Source: an uncultured Acidobacteriota bacterium (lineage in GTDB: Bacteria; Acidobacteriota; UBA6911). Taken from it: a stretch of DNA of 64,000 nt. Below the pieces are notes generated by a model, which saw nothing but the letters and a program-made list of their open reading frames with translations, ran no database searches and was not told the DNA's origin. Both the position numbers and the translations under genes were made by a program. The stretch's first letter is position 1. Every line of letters starts with the position of its first letter. Positions 48,738-60,099 of the stretch are shown here, piece by piece. The stretch spans positions 128,001-192,000 of the forward strand of contig CAWEJX010000007.1 in assembly GCA_963809485.1 (NCBI GenBank), read 5' to 3'.

Positions 48738-50396
48738 TCAGAGGCTTGCCCAAAGCTTCCGCTCTTCACCTCCAGGATCGTTCACTAGCTCGCACACATG
48801 GTCAAACACCATTGTCGCGCGTTCCGCGGTAGTATAGGCTGGCCAATTCGGCAGTCCTTTGTGGTTGGGATTGCCGCTGCGCGCAAACTGAATCCATGAT
48901 TCGCTCGTCTTGGCCGCCAGCGCCTTCACCTCGGGACCGCCGGTTGTCATTACCTTCGGGATGTCGGTATTGTCAAATACGAACGGGATCTCTACTGTAT
49001 GCGGCGCCCCCATCCTTCCGCCGAGCGCCGGTGAGCGCCAAGCAAATAGGTACATGTATACCGCAGATTTACCCTGAGCATATTTGCGTTCCGCCAGCCT
49101 GATCGAGCTCATTCTCATCCCACGGTCGGTACTTGCCAAAAAGTAAATTTCACTTGGGCTCTTGCCCGGATGCGCTTTCTTATAGGTATCGATCACGCGC
49201 ATTGCGTTCGCCTCACCGGCCAGTGCCACGATCCGCTTACGAAGCCCCTCTTCGTCCAAGTTGAATGCCTCGTCATCTCTTCCAAGGGCCATGAAAGACT
49301 GCTCGTGCTTTGTGCAGCCTGCCAAAATTGGAATCGCCGCAGATATCGGGCTAGCCACCGGATCGAAGGGGTGTGTTGGAAGGATCTTTCCATCCACAAC
49401 CGGCGCAAACGCAAATCCGGAAAGACCTCCGGTGGACCCCGTAGCTTGACGTTTTGACATATCCGCCATCGCCGACAGCAGACGGCTTACTGGAACGTTT
49501 TGCAGCTCGTCGACACGGTTCGGCGAAATTCCCAACTCGGCCATGAAAGCCCTCGCCGTTTTGTCGGCATCCTCGCGTTCATTTGCGCGCAGGTTTGCGC
49601 CGCTCTGGATGGCCGCACGATGGAACAGTCCCTTTGCAGCCGGCATGGCAAGCAACGAGCATACCTTGGCGCCGCCGCCCGATTCACCGAAGATCATAAC
49701 CTTGCCCGGATCGCCCCCGAAATTGGCTATATTGTCGTGCACCCATTGAAGACCTTGGACCAAGTCCAGCATTCCGACATTTCCCGAAGCAGCATACTTT
49801 TCCCCGCCTACGTCGCCAAGATGGCAATAGCCGAACAGGTTCAGACGATGGTTGATAGTGACTACGACCACGTCGCCGCGGCGCGAAAGCGATTCGCCAT
49901 AAACCCACGGCCAGGTACCGCTCTCCTGAAAGAATCCGCCGCCATGACACCAGAACATCACCGGTCGTTTCGCATTAACGTTGGGACCTGGTGTCCAGAC
50001 GTTCAGATAAAGGCAGTCTTCGTCGTATCCTTCCACTGAAGCATCGGCCTGCGGCGCGAGCACGTCCGTGTAACGCATGTTTTGTGGCGACTGGTGGCCG
50101 AATTTGAAAGCATCGCGCACACCGGTCCAAGGAATCGGCTTCGCCGGAGGCATGAAGCGCAGTTTCCCGCCGGTGGGAGCGCCATATTGAATTCCTATAA
50201 ATGCATGAATCCCGTTATGCCCTAATCCCCTTACTTTTCCTGCGGTTGTCTCAACGATCGCCCCTGCCGACGCATTCTGCGCAAAGGACCCAAGGTTGAG
50301 ACAAGAACACGCTGCGCCGGCTGCAATGCCTGCCCCTGCACTCTTTAAAAACGCGCGGCGGCTCGTTTGGCATTTGTCTATTCTGATGGTATTCAC
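48738..50396 (-). CDS. Tat-exported type-B carboxylesterase
   Basis: SRRAFLK, EDCLYLNVWTP, HGGGF, FGESGG and PHTVEIPFVF motifs. Confidence 0.92.
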   Translation of the reverse strand: MNTIRIDKCQTSRRAFLKSAGAGIAAGAACSCLNLGSFAQNASAGAIVETTAGKVRGLGHNGIHAFIGIQYGAPTGGKLRFMPPAKPIPWTGVRDAFKFGHQSPQNMRYTDVLAPQADASVEGYDEDCLYLNVWTPGPNVNAKRPVMFWCHGGGFFQESGTWPWVYGESLSRRGDVVVVTINHRLNLFGYCHLGDVGGEKYAASGNVGMLDLVQGLQWVHDNIANFGGDPGKVMIFGESGGGAKVCSLLAMPAAKGLFHRAAIQSGANLRANEREDADKTARAFMAELGISPNRVDELQNVPVSRLLSAMADMSKRQATGSTGGLSGFAFAPVVDGKILPTHPFDPVASPISAAIPILAGCTKHEQSFMALGRDDEAFNLDEEGLRKRIVALAGEANAMRVIDTYKKAHPGKSPSEIYFLASTDRGMRMSSIRLAERKYAQGKSAVYMYLFAWRSPALGGRMGAPHTVEIPFVFDNTDIPKVMTTGGPEVKALAAKTSESWIQFARSGNPNHKGLPNWPAYTTAERATMVFDHVCELVNDPGGEERKLWASL

Positions 50397-50527
50397 GTGG
50401 TTCTCCTTTCATCAAATATAGCGCTCATCCTGTGAGAGCAAACATGCAATTGATGCAATGGGACTGGTTCTCAGTTGTACATGCATCTATCATTTGGATG
50501 GGGCTCACCGCTACCTCCTTGAAGTGA

Positions 50528-52045
50528 TTACGCTGTGGTCGATGATTCATCCAGCCAGTCGAAGGTACGGGTCACGGCTTTTTTCCATGACCGATACATC
50601 GACTCGCGTTTCCGGCCTTCCATTCCAGGGGTCCAAGTTTTGTTGACAGACCAATGGGAACAGAGTTCCTCGACATTCCTGTACAGACCAATCGCTAATC
50701 CGGCAGCGTACGCCGCTCCCAATGCGGTAGTCTCCTTGATGGAAGGCCTGACAACGGGTTTATTCAGTATGTCCGCCTGAAACTGCATCAGCAACTCATT
50801 CTCGATCATCCCGCCATCCGTGCGCAGCACATCCAGCGTGATCCCGGAATCCTTCTCCATGGCTTCGACTATCTCGCGGGTCTGAAATGCGGTTGCCTCC
50901 AGAACAGCTCGAGCGAGATGTCCCTTCGCCGCATACTGCGTCAGCCCGGCGATCACCCCCCGTGCATTGGCCTCCCAATAGGGCGCAAAAAGGCCCGAAA
51001 AAGCCGGCACGAAATAAACGCCGCCGTTATCGTCGACTGTCTTCGCCAACGCCTCCACTTCCGAACTGGTTCGTATCAGGCCCAGGTTATCCCGTAGCCA
51101 TTGCACCAGCGCGCCGGCGATCGCGACACTGCCCTCAAGGGCATAATGCGCGGATTGATTCCCCAACTGGTATGCGACAGTTGTGACCAGCCCATGCCGG
51201 GACTGCACCGCATGAGGGCCGGTATTCAGGAGCAGGAAACAACCGGTTCCGTAAGTATTCTTCGCCTGTCCGGGCTTAAAGCAGGTTTGTCCTACAAGAG
51301 CAGCCTGCTGATCGCCCAAATCACCAGCAATAGGCACATCGCGTATGCCGGCGACCTGGGCGTAGCCGTAGATTTCACTGCTTGACCGGATGCGTGGCAG
51401 CATGGGTCGCGGAATTTCAAGCACATTCAATATTTGTTCATCCCAATCGAGTGATTGAAGATTCATCAGTTGAGTACGGCTGGCGTTTGTGACATCGGTC
51501 AAATGAATGCCGGACTGCGCTCCCCCGGTCAGATTCCAGATGAGAAAACTATCGATGTTGCCGAACAGCAGGTCTCCGCTTTCGGCCAACTCCCTGGCGC
51601 CAGGGATATGTTCCAGAATCCAGCGAATCTTCAAGCCACTAAAATAAGTGGCGAGAGGCAGACCGGTCTGCGCCCGAAAGCGGTCCTGGCCGCCATCCCT
51701 GGCAAATTCGGAAACATACTCGGACGTGCGGGTATCCTGCCACACAATGGCGTTGTAAACGGCTTTACCGGTTTTGCGATTCCAGACGACGGTGGTTTCG
51801 CGCTGGTTGGTTATCCCGATCCCAGCCAGTTCGGTGCCTGAAATGCCGACTTGTTGCAGGGCCTGGCCGACTACTTCCACGGTCCGTTGCCAGATCTCTT
51901 CAGGATTGTGCTCGACCCATCCCGGCCGAGGGTATATCTGTTCGTGTTCCTTTTGAGCAATGCTTACAATCCGCCCGAGATCATCAAATAGAATAAAGCG
52001 AGTACTCGTAGTCCCCTGATCGATCGCTCCGATGTATTTCGTCAT
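50528..52045 (-). CDS. glpK: Glycerol kinase
   Basis: [32 protein letters not shown] and ETTALGAA motifs. Confidence 0.96.
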   Translation of the reverse strand: MTKYIGAIDQGTTSTRFILFDDLGRIVSIAQKEHEQIYPRPGWVEHNPEEIWQRTVEVVGQALQQVGISGTELAGIGITNQRETTVVWNRKTGKAVYNAIVWQDTRTSEYVSEFARDGGQDRFRAQTGLPLATYFSGLKIRWILEHIPGARELAESGDLLFGNIDSFLIWNLTGGAQSGIHLTDVTNASRTQLMNLQSLDWDEQILNVLEIPRPMLPRIRSSSEIYGYAQVAGIRDVPIAGDLGDQQAALVGQTCFKPGQAKNTYGTGCFLLLNTGPHAVQSRHGLVTTVAYQLGNQSAHYALEGSVAIAGALVQWLRDNLGLIRTSSEVEALAKTVDDNGGVYFVPAFSGLFAPYWEANARGVIAGLTQYAAKGHLARAVLEATAFQTREIVEAMEKDSGITLDVLRTDGGMIENELLMQFQADILNKPVVRPSIKETTALGAAYAAGLAIGLYRNVEELCSHWSVNKTWTPGMEGRKRESMYRSWKKAVTRTFDWLDESSTTA

Positions 52046-52141
52046 AGAGTCACCTCGGAAATATCCAGGCATGGCGCGATTGCTATTGCAGGTTTCATTT
52101 TCCCCACCATGCCGCACTTACACTTTTAAATAGCGGACAAT

Positions 52142-53812
52142 CTAACCAACCCTTAAGCTTCGATTGCCGGAATTTCGCAGACCTATCAGCTCCATTAGCC
52201 GGTCGATTTTACTGGCATATCCCTCTACGGCATCCTTCTGTTGAGCCGGTGACCAGCCTAACTCGCGGGCCATGACGGCTCCTACGGCCGGTGCAGCCGC
52301 CCTTGCTTGCTCCCAGGAAAAGAACTGTAGGCCCGTGCGCCGCGCAAGAATATCTTCAATTGCTGTTGCCATTTCCTCCCGGACGCCGTAAACCACTTCC
52401 GCCAGAACGGAAGCCGAACCTTCAACAATAGGTTCCTTAAGCCGGGGGTTGTGTTTCGTCAAGGCAAGGACCTCTTTAGCCGCGGTGCCGAACTTGTGCG
52501 ACAGGTGCCGAGCCGTCTCTCTGGAAATTCCGTAGTCTCGAACAAGTTCCTCCCAGAAATTCGGACTCCATTTCTCAGATCCAGTCAGTCGATGCTTGCT
52601 TGTAATGCAGGGCACCGCCGGCATCGCCAGGCGCTGCATAACCGTATTAATGGCATCTTCAGCCATCGCTCTGTAAGTGGTCCACTTGCCCCCAAGAACG
52701 CTGATGAGGCCGCTGGAGGAGTCTACTTCCACTTCATGATCGCGGATCAGCGCCTTGGTCCCGCGATCCCTGGCCGAGGCGACAAGAGGGCGCATACCGG
52801 CGAAGCCACTGACAATCTGATCCTTGCTCAACGGGCGTACCAGATATCGGTTCAGGTGTTTTAGCAGGTATTCGGCTTCTTCCTCTTTGACCACCATTTC
52901 ATCCTGCAGCGTGGCTTCCGTGTCGGTCGTGCCCACCAACAACCGCCCCAACCAGGGAATGGCAAAAATCACGCGTCCATCGTCGGTCTTTGGCACCAGC
53001 AGCGCATCTTCACTGGCTATCGCATTGATGGGCAGGAGAATGTGGCTTCCTTTGCTCAGTCTTAGACGCCGTCTTACGCCAGGTCCTGCGAGTTCGCGAA
53101 TGCTATCCGCGAATGGACCTGTCGCATTAATAAAAGCCCGGGCTTGCACATCGATATAATTATCGGAAAGACCGTCCTGGACTCGGGCTTGGACCAATTG
53201 GCCATTGCCGCTCTTTTTAAAGCCAACGACTCTCGCGTAGTTGAGTGCCTCACCGCCTGATTTTGTAAATGTTTGAAGGAGGGCAAGGTTATACCTGGCG
53301 TCGTCGAATTGTCCATCCGCATAGGAAATAGCGCCCACGAGCCTGTCCGATATCAGCATCGGCATTCGGCTAAGCGACTCCTCCTTGGAAAGATGGCGAC
53401 TCTGGAACAGAAGGTTACGGCCGGAAATCCAGTCATACAGCTTCATGCCGATACGAAAGTAGTAAATATCGAACCAGCCGAAGCAAGGCACCATGAGTTC
53501 TAAGGGATTCGCTAGAAAAGGAGCATTGTCGAGCATTATTTTTCGCTCGCGCAAGGCTCGTTTTACGACATTATATTGCCCCAGGTCACGCTCCGATATT
53601 GCCTGTTCCAGGTAGCGCACACCGCCATGAATTAGCTTCGTAGAACTGCTGGAAGTTGAGCATGCGAAGTCTCCCGCCTCGACCAAAACGGTTCTGAGCC
53701 CCCGCAGTTGGGCATCCAAAGCGCATCCTGACCCTGTCGCCCCTCCGCCAATCACGCACAAATCGAAGCTATTTTTATCAATTTCCTTTAGCGCCACGGC
53801 TCGATTTCTCAA
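52142..53812 (-). CDS. glpD: FAD-dependent glycerol-3-phosphate dehydrogenase
   Basis: IGGGATG, TSSSSTKLIHGGVRYLE, GTTD and GGKWTTYRAMAE motifs. Confidence 0.94.
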   Translation of the reverse strand: MRNRAVALKEIDKNSFDLCVIGGGATGSGCALDAQLRGLRTVLVEAGDFACSTSSSSTKLIHGGVRYLEQAISERDLGQYNVVKRALRERKIMLDNAPFLANPLELMVPCFGWFDIYYFRIGMKLYDWISGRNLLFQSRHLSKEESLSRMPMLISDRLVGAISYADGQFDDARYNLALLQTFTKSGGEALNYARVVGFKKSGNGQLVQARVQDGLSDNYIDVQARAFINATGPFADSIRELAGPGVRRRLRLSKGSHILLPINAIASEDALLVPKTDDGRVIFAIPWLGRLLVGTTDTEATLQDEMVVKEEEAEYLLKHLNRYLVRPLSKDQIVSGFAGMRPLVASARDRGTKALIRDHEVEVDSSSGLISVLGGKWTTYRAMAEDAINTVMQRLAMPAVPCITSKHRLTGSEKWSPNFWEELVRDYGISRETARHLSHKFGTAAKEVLALTKHNPRLKEPIVEGSASVLAEVVYGVREEMATAIEDILARRTGLQFFSWEQARAAAPAVGAVMARELGWSPAQQKDAVEGYASKIDRLMELIGLRNSGNRSLRVG

Positions 53813-54186
53813 TGGATTCTCCTGGACCCTTCAGCAAAACCCGACCAGAACTGACGCTTGAAAGTGAACCGGTTTTGGGGGCGGTATGGCGCGCAAGTCA
53901 CTTTTGTCATTGGCAGCAGTTATCGAGACGCCTGTGAAAACGATAATAGTGCTTACCGAGATTGTATCCGTGAAAACACCATGTGTACTTATGGCCTCAG
54001 GAAACCGGTCGCAACGGCTATCGCGATTGCGGCCAAACACATTCAGGAAAAAGGAATCGCGATTTAAGACTTTGTTATCACTGATGATTGGCAATCCATT
54101 GGCCAATAGCCGGTCAGAATAGTCGAATTCAAATACCTGCTCGCTTTCAGATTTCCTGTTTGAAATTAGCCGGGTTTAGTCGGCAT

Positions 54187-54260
54187 AAAAAAAGCCCCGA
54201 TAAATGGACCACCACAATCGAGTGGATCATTTATCGGGGCTTCTCTTAGGTCTCTAGCCC
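54187..54260 (-). terminator. Intrinsic terminator in the glpD leader (candidate GlpP attenuator)
   Basis: Minus strand reads AGAGACCTAAGAG-AAGCCCCGATAAATG..CATTTATCGGGGCTT-TTTTT. A candidate promoter (TTGATG 54301-54296, TGnTAGAAT 54280-54272) lies just upstream. Confidence 0.75.
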
Positions 54261-54540
54261 GTAAAAAGGCAATTCTAGCAAAACGCGCATCTTCACATCA
54301 ATCTAATTCTAATTCCCTAATCCCGCATAGCCTCAACCCAAAAGCTTGGCTTTATAAAAAGGCATTCAATTTAGAAACAAAGATTTCATTGATGCTCTAA
54401 TAATCCGTAATTATGGTGCGGGCATTTCGCAGCGTTTCCAGGCGAATACTGCAGCCAACAACGCAGCGATCCTTTTCGTGCGTTCAATTCTCCCTGCATC
54501 TTCGATGCGCCGAAGCGGATATTCCCGACAGCCGGCTCTA

Positions 54541-55269
54541 TCAATAACGGAATATCATGGCGCTGGCCGCACCGATGGCGCCCCCGATCAATGGAGCAAT
54601 GATTGGGATCAGAGCATAGCCCCAATCCGACTTGCCCTTCCCAGCAATCGGCAAAACGAAATGCGCCAGCCGTGGACCAAAATCGCGCGCTGGGTTCATG
54701 GCATATCCCGTGGGACCGCCAAGCGATAACCCAAGCCCCCAGACCAAAAGCCCCCAAAGATATGGGGCAAACCCGGGGGGAAGCCCGTTCGGAGCAACCG
54801 AGGATGCAGTGAATGCAAACCCCACTCCGACGAGCGTGCACGTGGCGATGATTTCGGTCATGGCATTGGACGGAAGGCTCCGAATCGCCGGTGCCGTGCA
54901 AAAGATTCCAAGCTTCGCCGCCTCGTCGGGGGTTTCTTTCCAGTGCGGCAGGTAAGCAAGCCAGACCAGCACGCCGCCAGCGAAACCACCCAGAATTTGT
55001 GCTATAGAGAACGGAACGAAGTTTGCCCAGCTATGCGATGTGAGCGCTACTGCCAGAGTAACTGCGGGATTGATATGCGCACCGGGGCTTCCGCAGGCGA
55101 CGGCCGTAAAAATGCCCGCAGTGACTCCCAGCCCCCACCCCGTTGCTATAACAATCCAGCCTGATCCCTCACCCTTGGATTTTTTCAGCAGAACATTGGC
55201 CACGACTCCGTCACCAAACAGAATCAAGACCATCGTCCCCATAAATTCCCCGAATAGTGGTCCGTGCAT
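54541..55269 (-). CDS. glpF: Glycerol uptake facilitator (aquaglyceroporin)
   Basis: GEFMGT, HINPAVT and GYAMNPARDFGPR motifs. Confidence 0.93.
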   Translation of the reverse strand: MHGPLFGEFMGTMVLILFGDGVVANVLLKKSKGEGSGWIVIATGWGLGVTAGIFTAVACGSPGAHINPAVTLAVALTSHSWANFVPFSIAQILGGFAGGVLVWLAYLPHWKETPDEAAKLGIFCTAPAIRSLPSNAMTEIIATCTLVGVGFAFTASSVAPNGLPPGFAPYLWGLLVWGLGLSLGGPTGYAMNPARDFGPRLAHFVLPIAGKGKSDWGYALIPIIAPLIGGAIGAASAMIFRY

Positions 55270-55519
55270 ACTTACCCCATCCCTTGGTTATTTCTCTGTG
55301 AATGTGATTTTACACTTCGGGGCTTTTTCCCATTTTCCCGAAAATCCGGCAGCGGCTCCGGCTCAAAATTTATCATGGTCGTCAGGTGCGCTTTCGGATG
55401 TCGCACATTGTATCACGATGCTCGAAATACATCGCCGGTGATTTCAATGCTCCTAAAGCCAAAAATATTGCGGATTCCACCGACCAGGTCCGTGACAATC
55501 CGCGGAATCCTTGGACAGC

Positions 55520-55855
55520 CTACCGGAAGAGAAGCGGCGCAAAATCGCACAGGTTCTTGCGCCAGATATCCCAAACATGCCCGCCGGTGCCCTGGATAAA
55601 AGTGTGGTTGATTATATTTCCTGAACACGTCCGCCATAGCCAGGTTATTTTTATATGCGACATCCTCCGGTCCGCCGCATGGGATCCAGATCAGTTGGGT
55701 CTCTTTGTTGAGGATCGGGTTAGTGAGCCTGTCACTGTGATTCTTGAGAAGATCCTCTCGAAACGGGTCGAACCAGCCCGAGCTGAAGGTGCCGTATTAG
55801 GCAAAAGATCCCGGTCTCTGGAGCATGGTATTCAGCATCCACAGGCCGCCCAAGG
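55520..55855 (-). pseudogene. Degraded alpha/beta-hydrolase (putative esterase) 3' remnant
   Basis: LGGLWMLNT..FA*YGTFSSGW..LIWIPCGGPEDVAY, then a frameshift to GGHVWDIWRKNLCDFAPLLFR. Confidence 0.65.
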
Positions 55856-56278
55856 GTTACCGTTTCTATGAACATTGCCTGTTGATTGTGGGGTCCTTCA
55901 CATCCTGCCACAACCTGTAAAGATCTGGCAGAAACCTTGGGAACGTTGATACTTCCGCCCTGTCGTGCGCTTTCCAGATCTCAGAAAGGCCGGGAGGACC
56001 TGGGCCTGGGAATCGGCTTTCCTCTCAACGCGGGACAACCTTTGTCCGCAATCACGCAAAGCATATTCTGGCTACCGATTTTGGGGTGGCGGTAACGGAT
56101 GAATTTTAAAAACCGGGGGTAATGTCTCCTATCGGCTCTATAACTTCAATCGACCCCATGGAGCCCATGACGGTCTTTCCCCATATGAAGCTTTGAAAAA
56201 TATGTTAGGATATCTGCAAATTTGTCCCATGGGGTCCGGAATATTACACTGAAATAATTTCAATTAGGAGAGTTTGCC

Positions 56279-57763
56279 ATGAAATTATCAAAAGAAGTGC
56301 TAAACAGGATAACCCGGAGAGAATTCGTCAAGAATACGGCAATAAAGGGAACGGCGGCCTTTGCTATTGGTGCGGGAGGTATGGCGATTCCAGCGTCAGC
56401 CCAATCCGCCAAGTCGACACAGATATCTGGTAAGACAATCAGGGAAGCCGCCCGTGAGACAAAGGTGTGCCGTACAGCTGATGTTGTGGTCGTGGGCGGC
56501 GGACCCGGTGGCATCGGCGCGGCTTTGGCCGCAGCAAGGAGCGGCGCAGACACGGTTCTTATTGAGAGATATGAGCACCTGGGCGGTATGGGCACAGGCG
56601 GACTGGTCACCATCATACCCGCCATGACCGATGTTAACGGCAAACAAGTGATTGCCGGAATTACTCAGGAGTGGATCAAGAGGCTGGATGCCAGGGGAGC
56701 GGCTGATTACCCGAAGAAGGAGCATTGGGGTTCAACCGACAAAAAACTTGTTGAGTATTATAAAAACCGTTCCCCATTTTATGCCACAGGCAACAGGGTA
56801 GGATATTCTGCGCACATCGATGCGGAGATATCAAAGTGTCTATTCCAGGACATGATGAAAGAAGCAAATGTTAAGACATATCTCCATTCATGGGGGACTG
56901 AGCCCATCATGGAGGGCAACAAGGCCAAGGGTGTCATCTTTGAGAGCAAATCAGGCAGACAGGCGGTGCTGGCAAAGGTTGTTATCGACTCCACCGGCGA
57001 TGGGGACCTGTTGCCCTATACAGGGGCAGCCTTTGAGACCCAAATCGATAAAACCCTGAGGATGTCAAACCTCTCCTTTTCATACTGGATAGATAACGTT
57101 AATCTGCAAAAATATCAGAATTACAAAAAATCCAATGCCAATGAACTGGCCGAAAAGATGCGCGAAGTCAGAAAACTTGGCGGAACACCCGGATTTCTGA
57201 CCAGCAATCTGAAAAACCAGGAGAATGTGGTCTGGTGCTTTCCCCGATACGCAAATAAATCTCAGTACGATGTCGAGGAGCTTACACGGGTAGAGTTTTT
57301 AGGACGTAAAGAGATGTTGATAACACACGATTTTTACATGAAGAATATTCCCGGTTTTGAGAAGAGCTTCATAGTTCTGTCAAATTCGCAGCTCGGCACC
57401 CGCGGCGGCAGACGGGTTGTTGGCGATTACGTTGTCAGTGAAAAAGACATGAAAGCAAAGGATCCTTTTAAGGACACCATTGCCGTATTCCCTAATATGG
57501 ATGAAAAAAATCCTTTGATGTACATGCCCTACCGCTGTCTGATACCGCGCAATGTTAACAATATGCTTGTTGCCTGCCGGGCGTTTTCATCAGATGCTGT
57601 TACCAATGACTCTTTCAACTTAATCCACCATTGTGTCTGCCTTGGGCAGGCAGCTGGAACTGCGGCGGCTCAGTCTATAAGCAGTGGCGTGGATCTCAGA
57701 AAAGTTGATGTAAAGGCTTTGCAGGCCAGCCTTAAGAAGCAGGGCGTAGTCCTGCCGGGTTAG
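56279..57763 (+). CDS. Tat-exported FAD-dependent oxidoreductase
   Basis: TRREFVK, DVVVVGGGPGG, LGGMGT, IDSTGDGD, PYRCLIP and GQAAGTAAA motifs. Confidence 0.9.
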   Translation: MKLSKEVLNRITRREFVKNTAIKGTAAFAIGAGGMAIPASAQSAKSTQISGKTIREAARETKVCRTADVVVVGGGPGGIGAALAAARSGADTVLIERYEHLGGMGTGGLVTIIPAMTDVNGKQVIAGITQEWIKRLDARGAADYPKKEHWGSTDKKLVEYYKNRSPFYATGNRVGYSAHIDAEISKCLFQDMMKEANVKTYLHSWGTEPIMEGNKAKGVIFESKSGRQAVLAKVVIDSTGDGDLLPYTGAAFETQIDKTLRMSNLSFSYWIDNVNLQKYQNYKKSNANELAEKMREVRKLGGTPGFLTSNLKNQENVVWCFPRYANKSQYDVEELTRVEFLGRKEMLITHDFYMKNIPGFEKSFIVLSNSQLGTRGGRRVVGDYVVSEKDMKAKDPFKDTIAVFPNMDEKNPLMYMPYRCLIPRNVNNMLVACRAFSSDAVTNDSFNLIHHCVCLGQAAGTAAAQSISSGVDLRKVDVKALQASLKKQGVVLPG

Positions 57764-57875
57764 TTATTGTTTTAGTTTTTGAAGAACCCTATTAGAGAAG
57801 AATTTTAAGTATAAGAACGAACCACTCCACCATGAGCGGAGGAACGGTTCTGGTGGAGTGGAGGGTTTTTACGGA

Positions 57876-59078
57876 ATGAAAAATAAAGGGCGCCTGTATG
57901 TGAGGTTGGGCTGCTTTTTGCTGGCAACTCTCTTGCTATTGCCCTTCCCATTCTGGATCAATAGCTCCAGAATATTTGTTCAATCAAGCTCCTTTATCAC
58001 AATAGGTACAATCCTGGCAGGTGGAACAATCTGGGTGGGATCGATCCTGGGTTTGGCTTTCTCCGTGGTATCGCTGGCACGGAAGAGGTGGTTCTGCCGC
58101 TATATATGCCCGGTCGGCCTGCTCCTTGATACTGTTTCAGGCGTGAAATTACCAGGTAGGATCTGGTGGAAGCGCTTTCCTCCCCTAGGCAAATACATCG
58201 TTTTAATAACTGCCGCCGGTGCAATCTTTGGTTATCCGCTCTTCTTGTGGATGGACCCATTGGCGTTCCTGAACAATGCCTTTTCAGCCTATAAAGCAAC
58301 GGGTGTCCTGTCTGTTATAGTCTCCCTGTCTGGCATAGTTGTACTTCTTTTTTTGACGATAACTTCGGGTGACTTCTGGTGTGCCCGTATATGCCCTCTA
58401 GGTGCCACGCAAGACATCCTGGGAAATATCGGATCTTTTCGCGGAAATTTCCGGAAGACAAACGGAACAGAATCTCGAGTAACAGCTGCGCCTGGAAATG
58501 CTTTTGCTGCAACGAGGAGAATGTTCATTGCAGCTGCAGCAGGCTTGGGATGCAGCCTGTTGGCACAAAAAATCGGTCAGGCAAGATCTGGAGATGCGCC
58601 ATTACGGCCGCCCGGCGCGATCAGAGAGGACAAGTTTACGGGGCTTTGCCTGCGATGCGGCAATTGCATACGCGCCTGTCCATCCAAGATTATTCATCCT
58701 GACAGGGGACAATCCGGAGTTCTTGGATTTATGTCGCCCGTCGTCCAGTATAAGACGGATTACTGCAAAAAAGAATGCAATGCCTGTACAACGGTATGCC
58801 CCAGTGGAGCCTTACAAAGATTGAACCTGGAGCGGAAGAACCGCTATATCATAGGAAAGGCCAGTGTGGACACCTCCCTGTGTCTATGGGGCGTTAGCGA
58901 GTGTCATGCTTGTTTAAAGCCCTGTCCCTATGAGGCAATTAAGGTTCAATGGAATGAAGAAGCCTACGAATCCTTCCCAGGCGTTGATCCTGCAAAATGT
59001 AATGGCTGCGGCGCCTGTGAGGCAGTATGTCCCACCGGAGATCTGAAAGCCATAAAAGTATGGAAAAAGAATGATTGA
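57876..59078 (+). CDS. Membrane polyferredoxin (NapH/MauN-like fused to NapG/MauM-like)
   Basis: WFCRYICPVG, FWCARICPLG, TRRMFI, LRPPGA and four CxxCxxC..CP motifs. Confidence 0.88.
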   Translation: MKNKGRLYVRLGCFLLATLLLLPFPFWINSSRIFVQSSSFITIGTILAGGTIWVGSILGLAFSVVSLARKRWFCRYICPVGLLLDTVSGVKLPGRIWWKRFPPLGKYIVLITAAGAIFGYPLFLWMDPLAFLNNAFSAYKATGVLSVIVSLSGIVVLLFLTITSGDFWCARICPLGATQDILGNIGSFRGNFRKTNGTESRVTAAPGNAFAATRRMFIAAAAGLGCSLLAQKIGQARSGDAPLRPPGAIREDKFTGLCLRCGNCIRACPSKIIHPDRGQSGVLGFMSPVVQYKTDYCKKECNACTTVCPSGALQRLNLERKNRYIIGKASVDTSLCLWGVSECHACLKPCPYEAIKVQWNEEAYESFPGVDPAKCNGCGACEAVCPTGDLKAIKVWKKND

Positions 59079-59306
59079 ATTATCCCGCCCTGGGCAGCGG
59101 GGTATCTGTAAAAGTGTAGTGCAGCGTTATAAACGCCGGTTCAAAAGTGTACTGGTATACTCTTAATATAAGAGCTTCGAATCCGCAGGAGGCGGCGTAT
59201 AGCGGATCCACCTGGCAAGCTCGGTAATGCCGATCCTCCATTCGTCCAGGGAGCATTTAAACTTCTGACTGATGTTTGCAGCGCCGGCACACAGGATATT
59301 GCGGAG

Positions 59307-59626
59307 GACTCTTGTCCAAATTAGCTTTCGATTTCTAAGGGCCGGAGGCCCGGCAGATAATAGCCAGGGATGAGCGCAGCGAACCCCTGGTAGGAATTGG
59401 CAATAGAAAGAGCCTTGGAAGGATAGCATATAGTCTTTCGCCCTTCCCAGGGCTCTTTTCTTCGCCATAGGAACCAGGGATTCGCTCCGCTCATCCCTGG
59501 CTATTCTCTTTCCGCCCCTACCGGGGCTTGGTGCCAACCTCGTCCTTGCAGGGGCACTTCATGAGCCACAAGTTGACTGCTTTCAATGAGCCCTCTGTTT
59601 CCAATGGGCCAATTTGGACAGCACTG
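59307..59626 (-). mobile_element. MITE-like element, long copy containing an internal REPIN-type hairpin
   Basis: 59509-59626 is the reverse complement of 45756-45873, and 59308-59335 matches 45870-45897. The interior holds AGCCAGGGATGAGCGCAGCGAACCCCTGG ... CCAGGGATTCGCTCCGCTCATCCCTGGCT. Confidence 0.75.
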
Positions 59627-60099
59627 TCAAAATACGGCGTACGACGGCTTTAGCCAACGCAATAGAAAATCGGAAGCTTCAGATACTTGAATTTCTTTAT
59701 TGATGCCTTGACGGTCGATCCGTCATTCCACAAGAGGGAGATATTCCGGTCTGACGAGCAATCGGTGCCTGTGATTTGGATGCGAACGCTCGCGACCATG
59801 TGCTTTATATACTGCCTGCTGTCGGTCAGGCCGGTGATCGGGGTCACAAAGGCAGTCGAATTTCTTGTTTTATATTTCCTTTATACTCTTGCGCCGTCAT
59901 TTTTCTTGATAGGCGCCTTGATGAAAGCGAGCATGACCGCCGCATTGGAGGAGAGTTTGACGAGGGCGATCCCTTGCCGGCATGGCTCGAAGACCTGATA
60001 GCACCATATCAGATCGGTGCTGTCGGCGAGGCGGAGGGCTTTCCAATAGGATTCCCAGAGCATCGGGCCCAGGGATTGCCGGCAGATAGTGCAGGGCAA

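Noticed and set aside
53831-54122. Short ORFs in the glpD leader as a possible leader peptide
   Set aside because: No convincing RBS or motif; the terminator and GlpP model explains the region without them.
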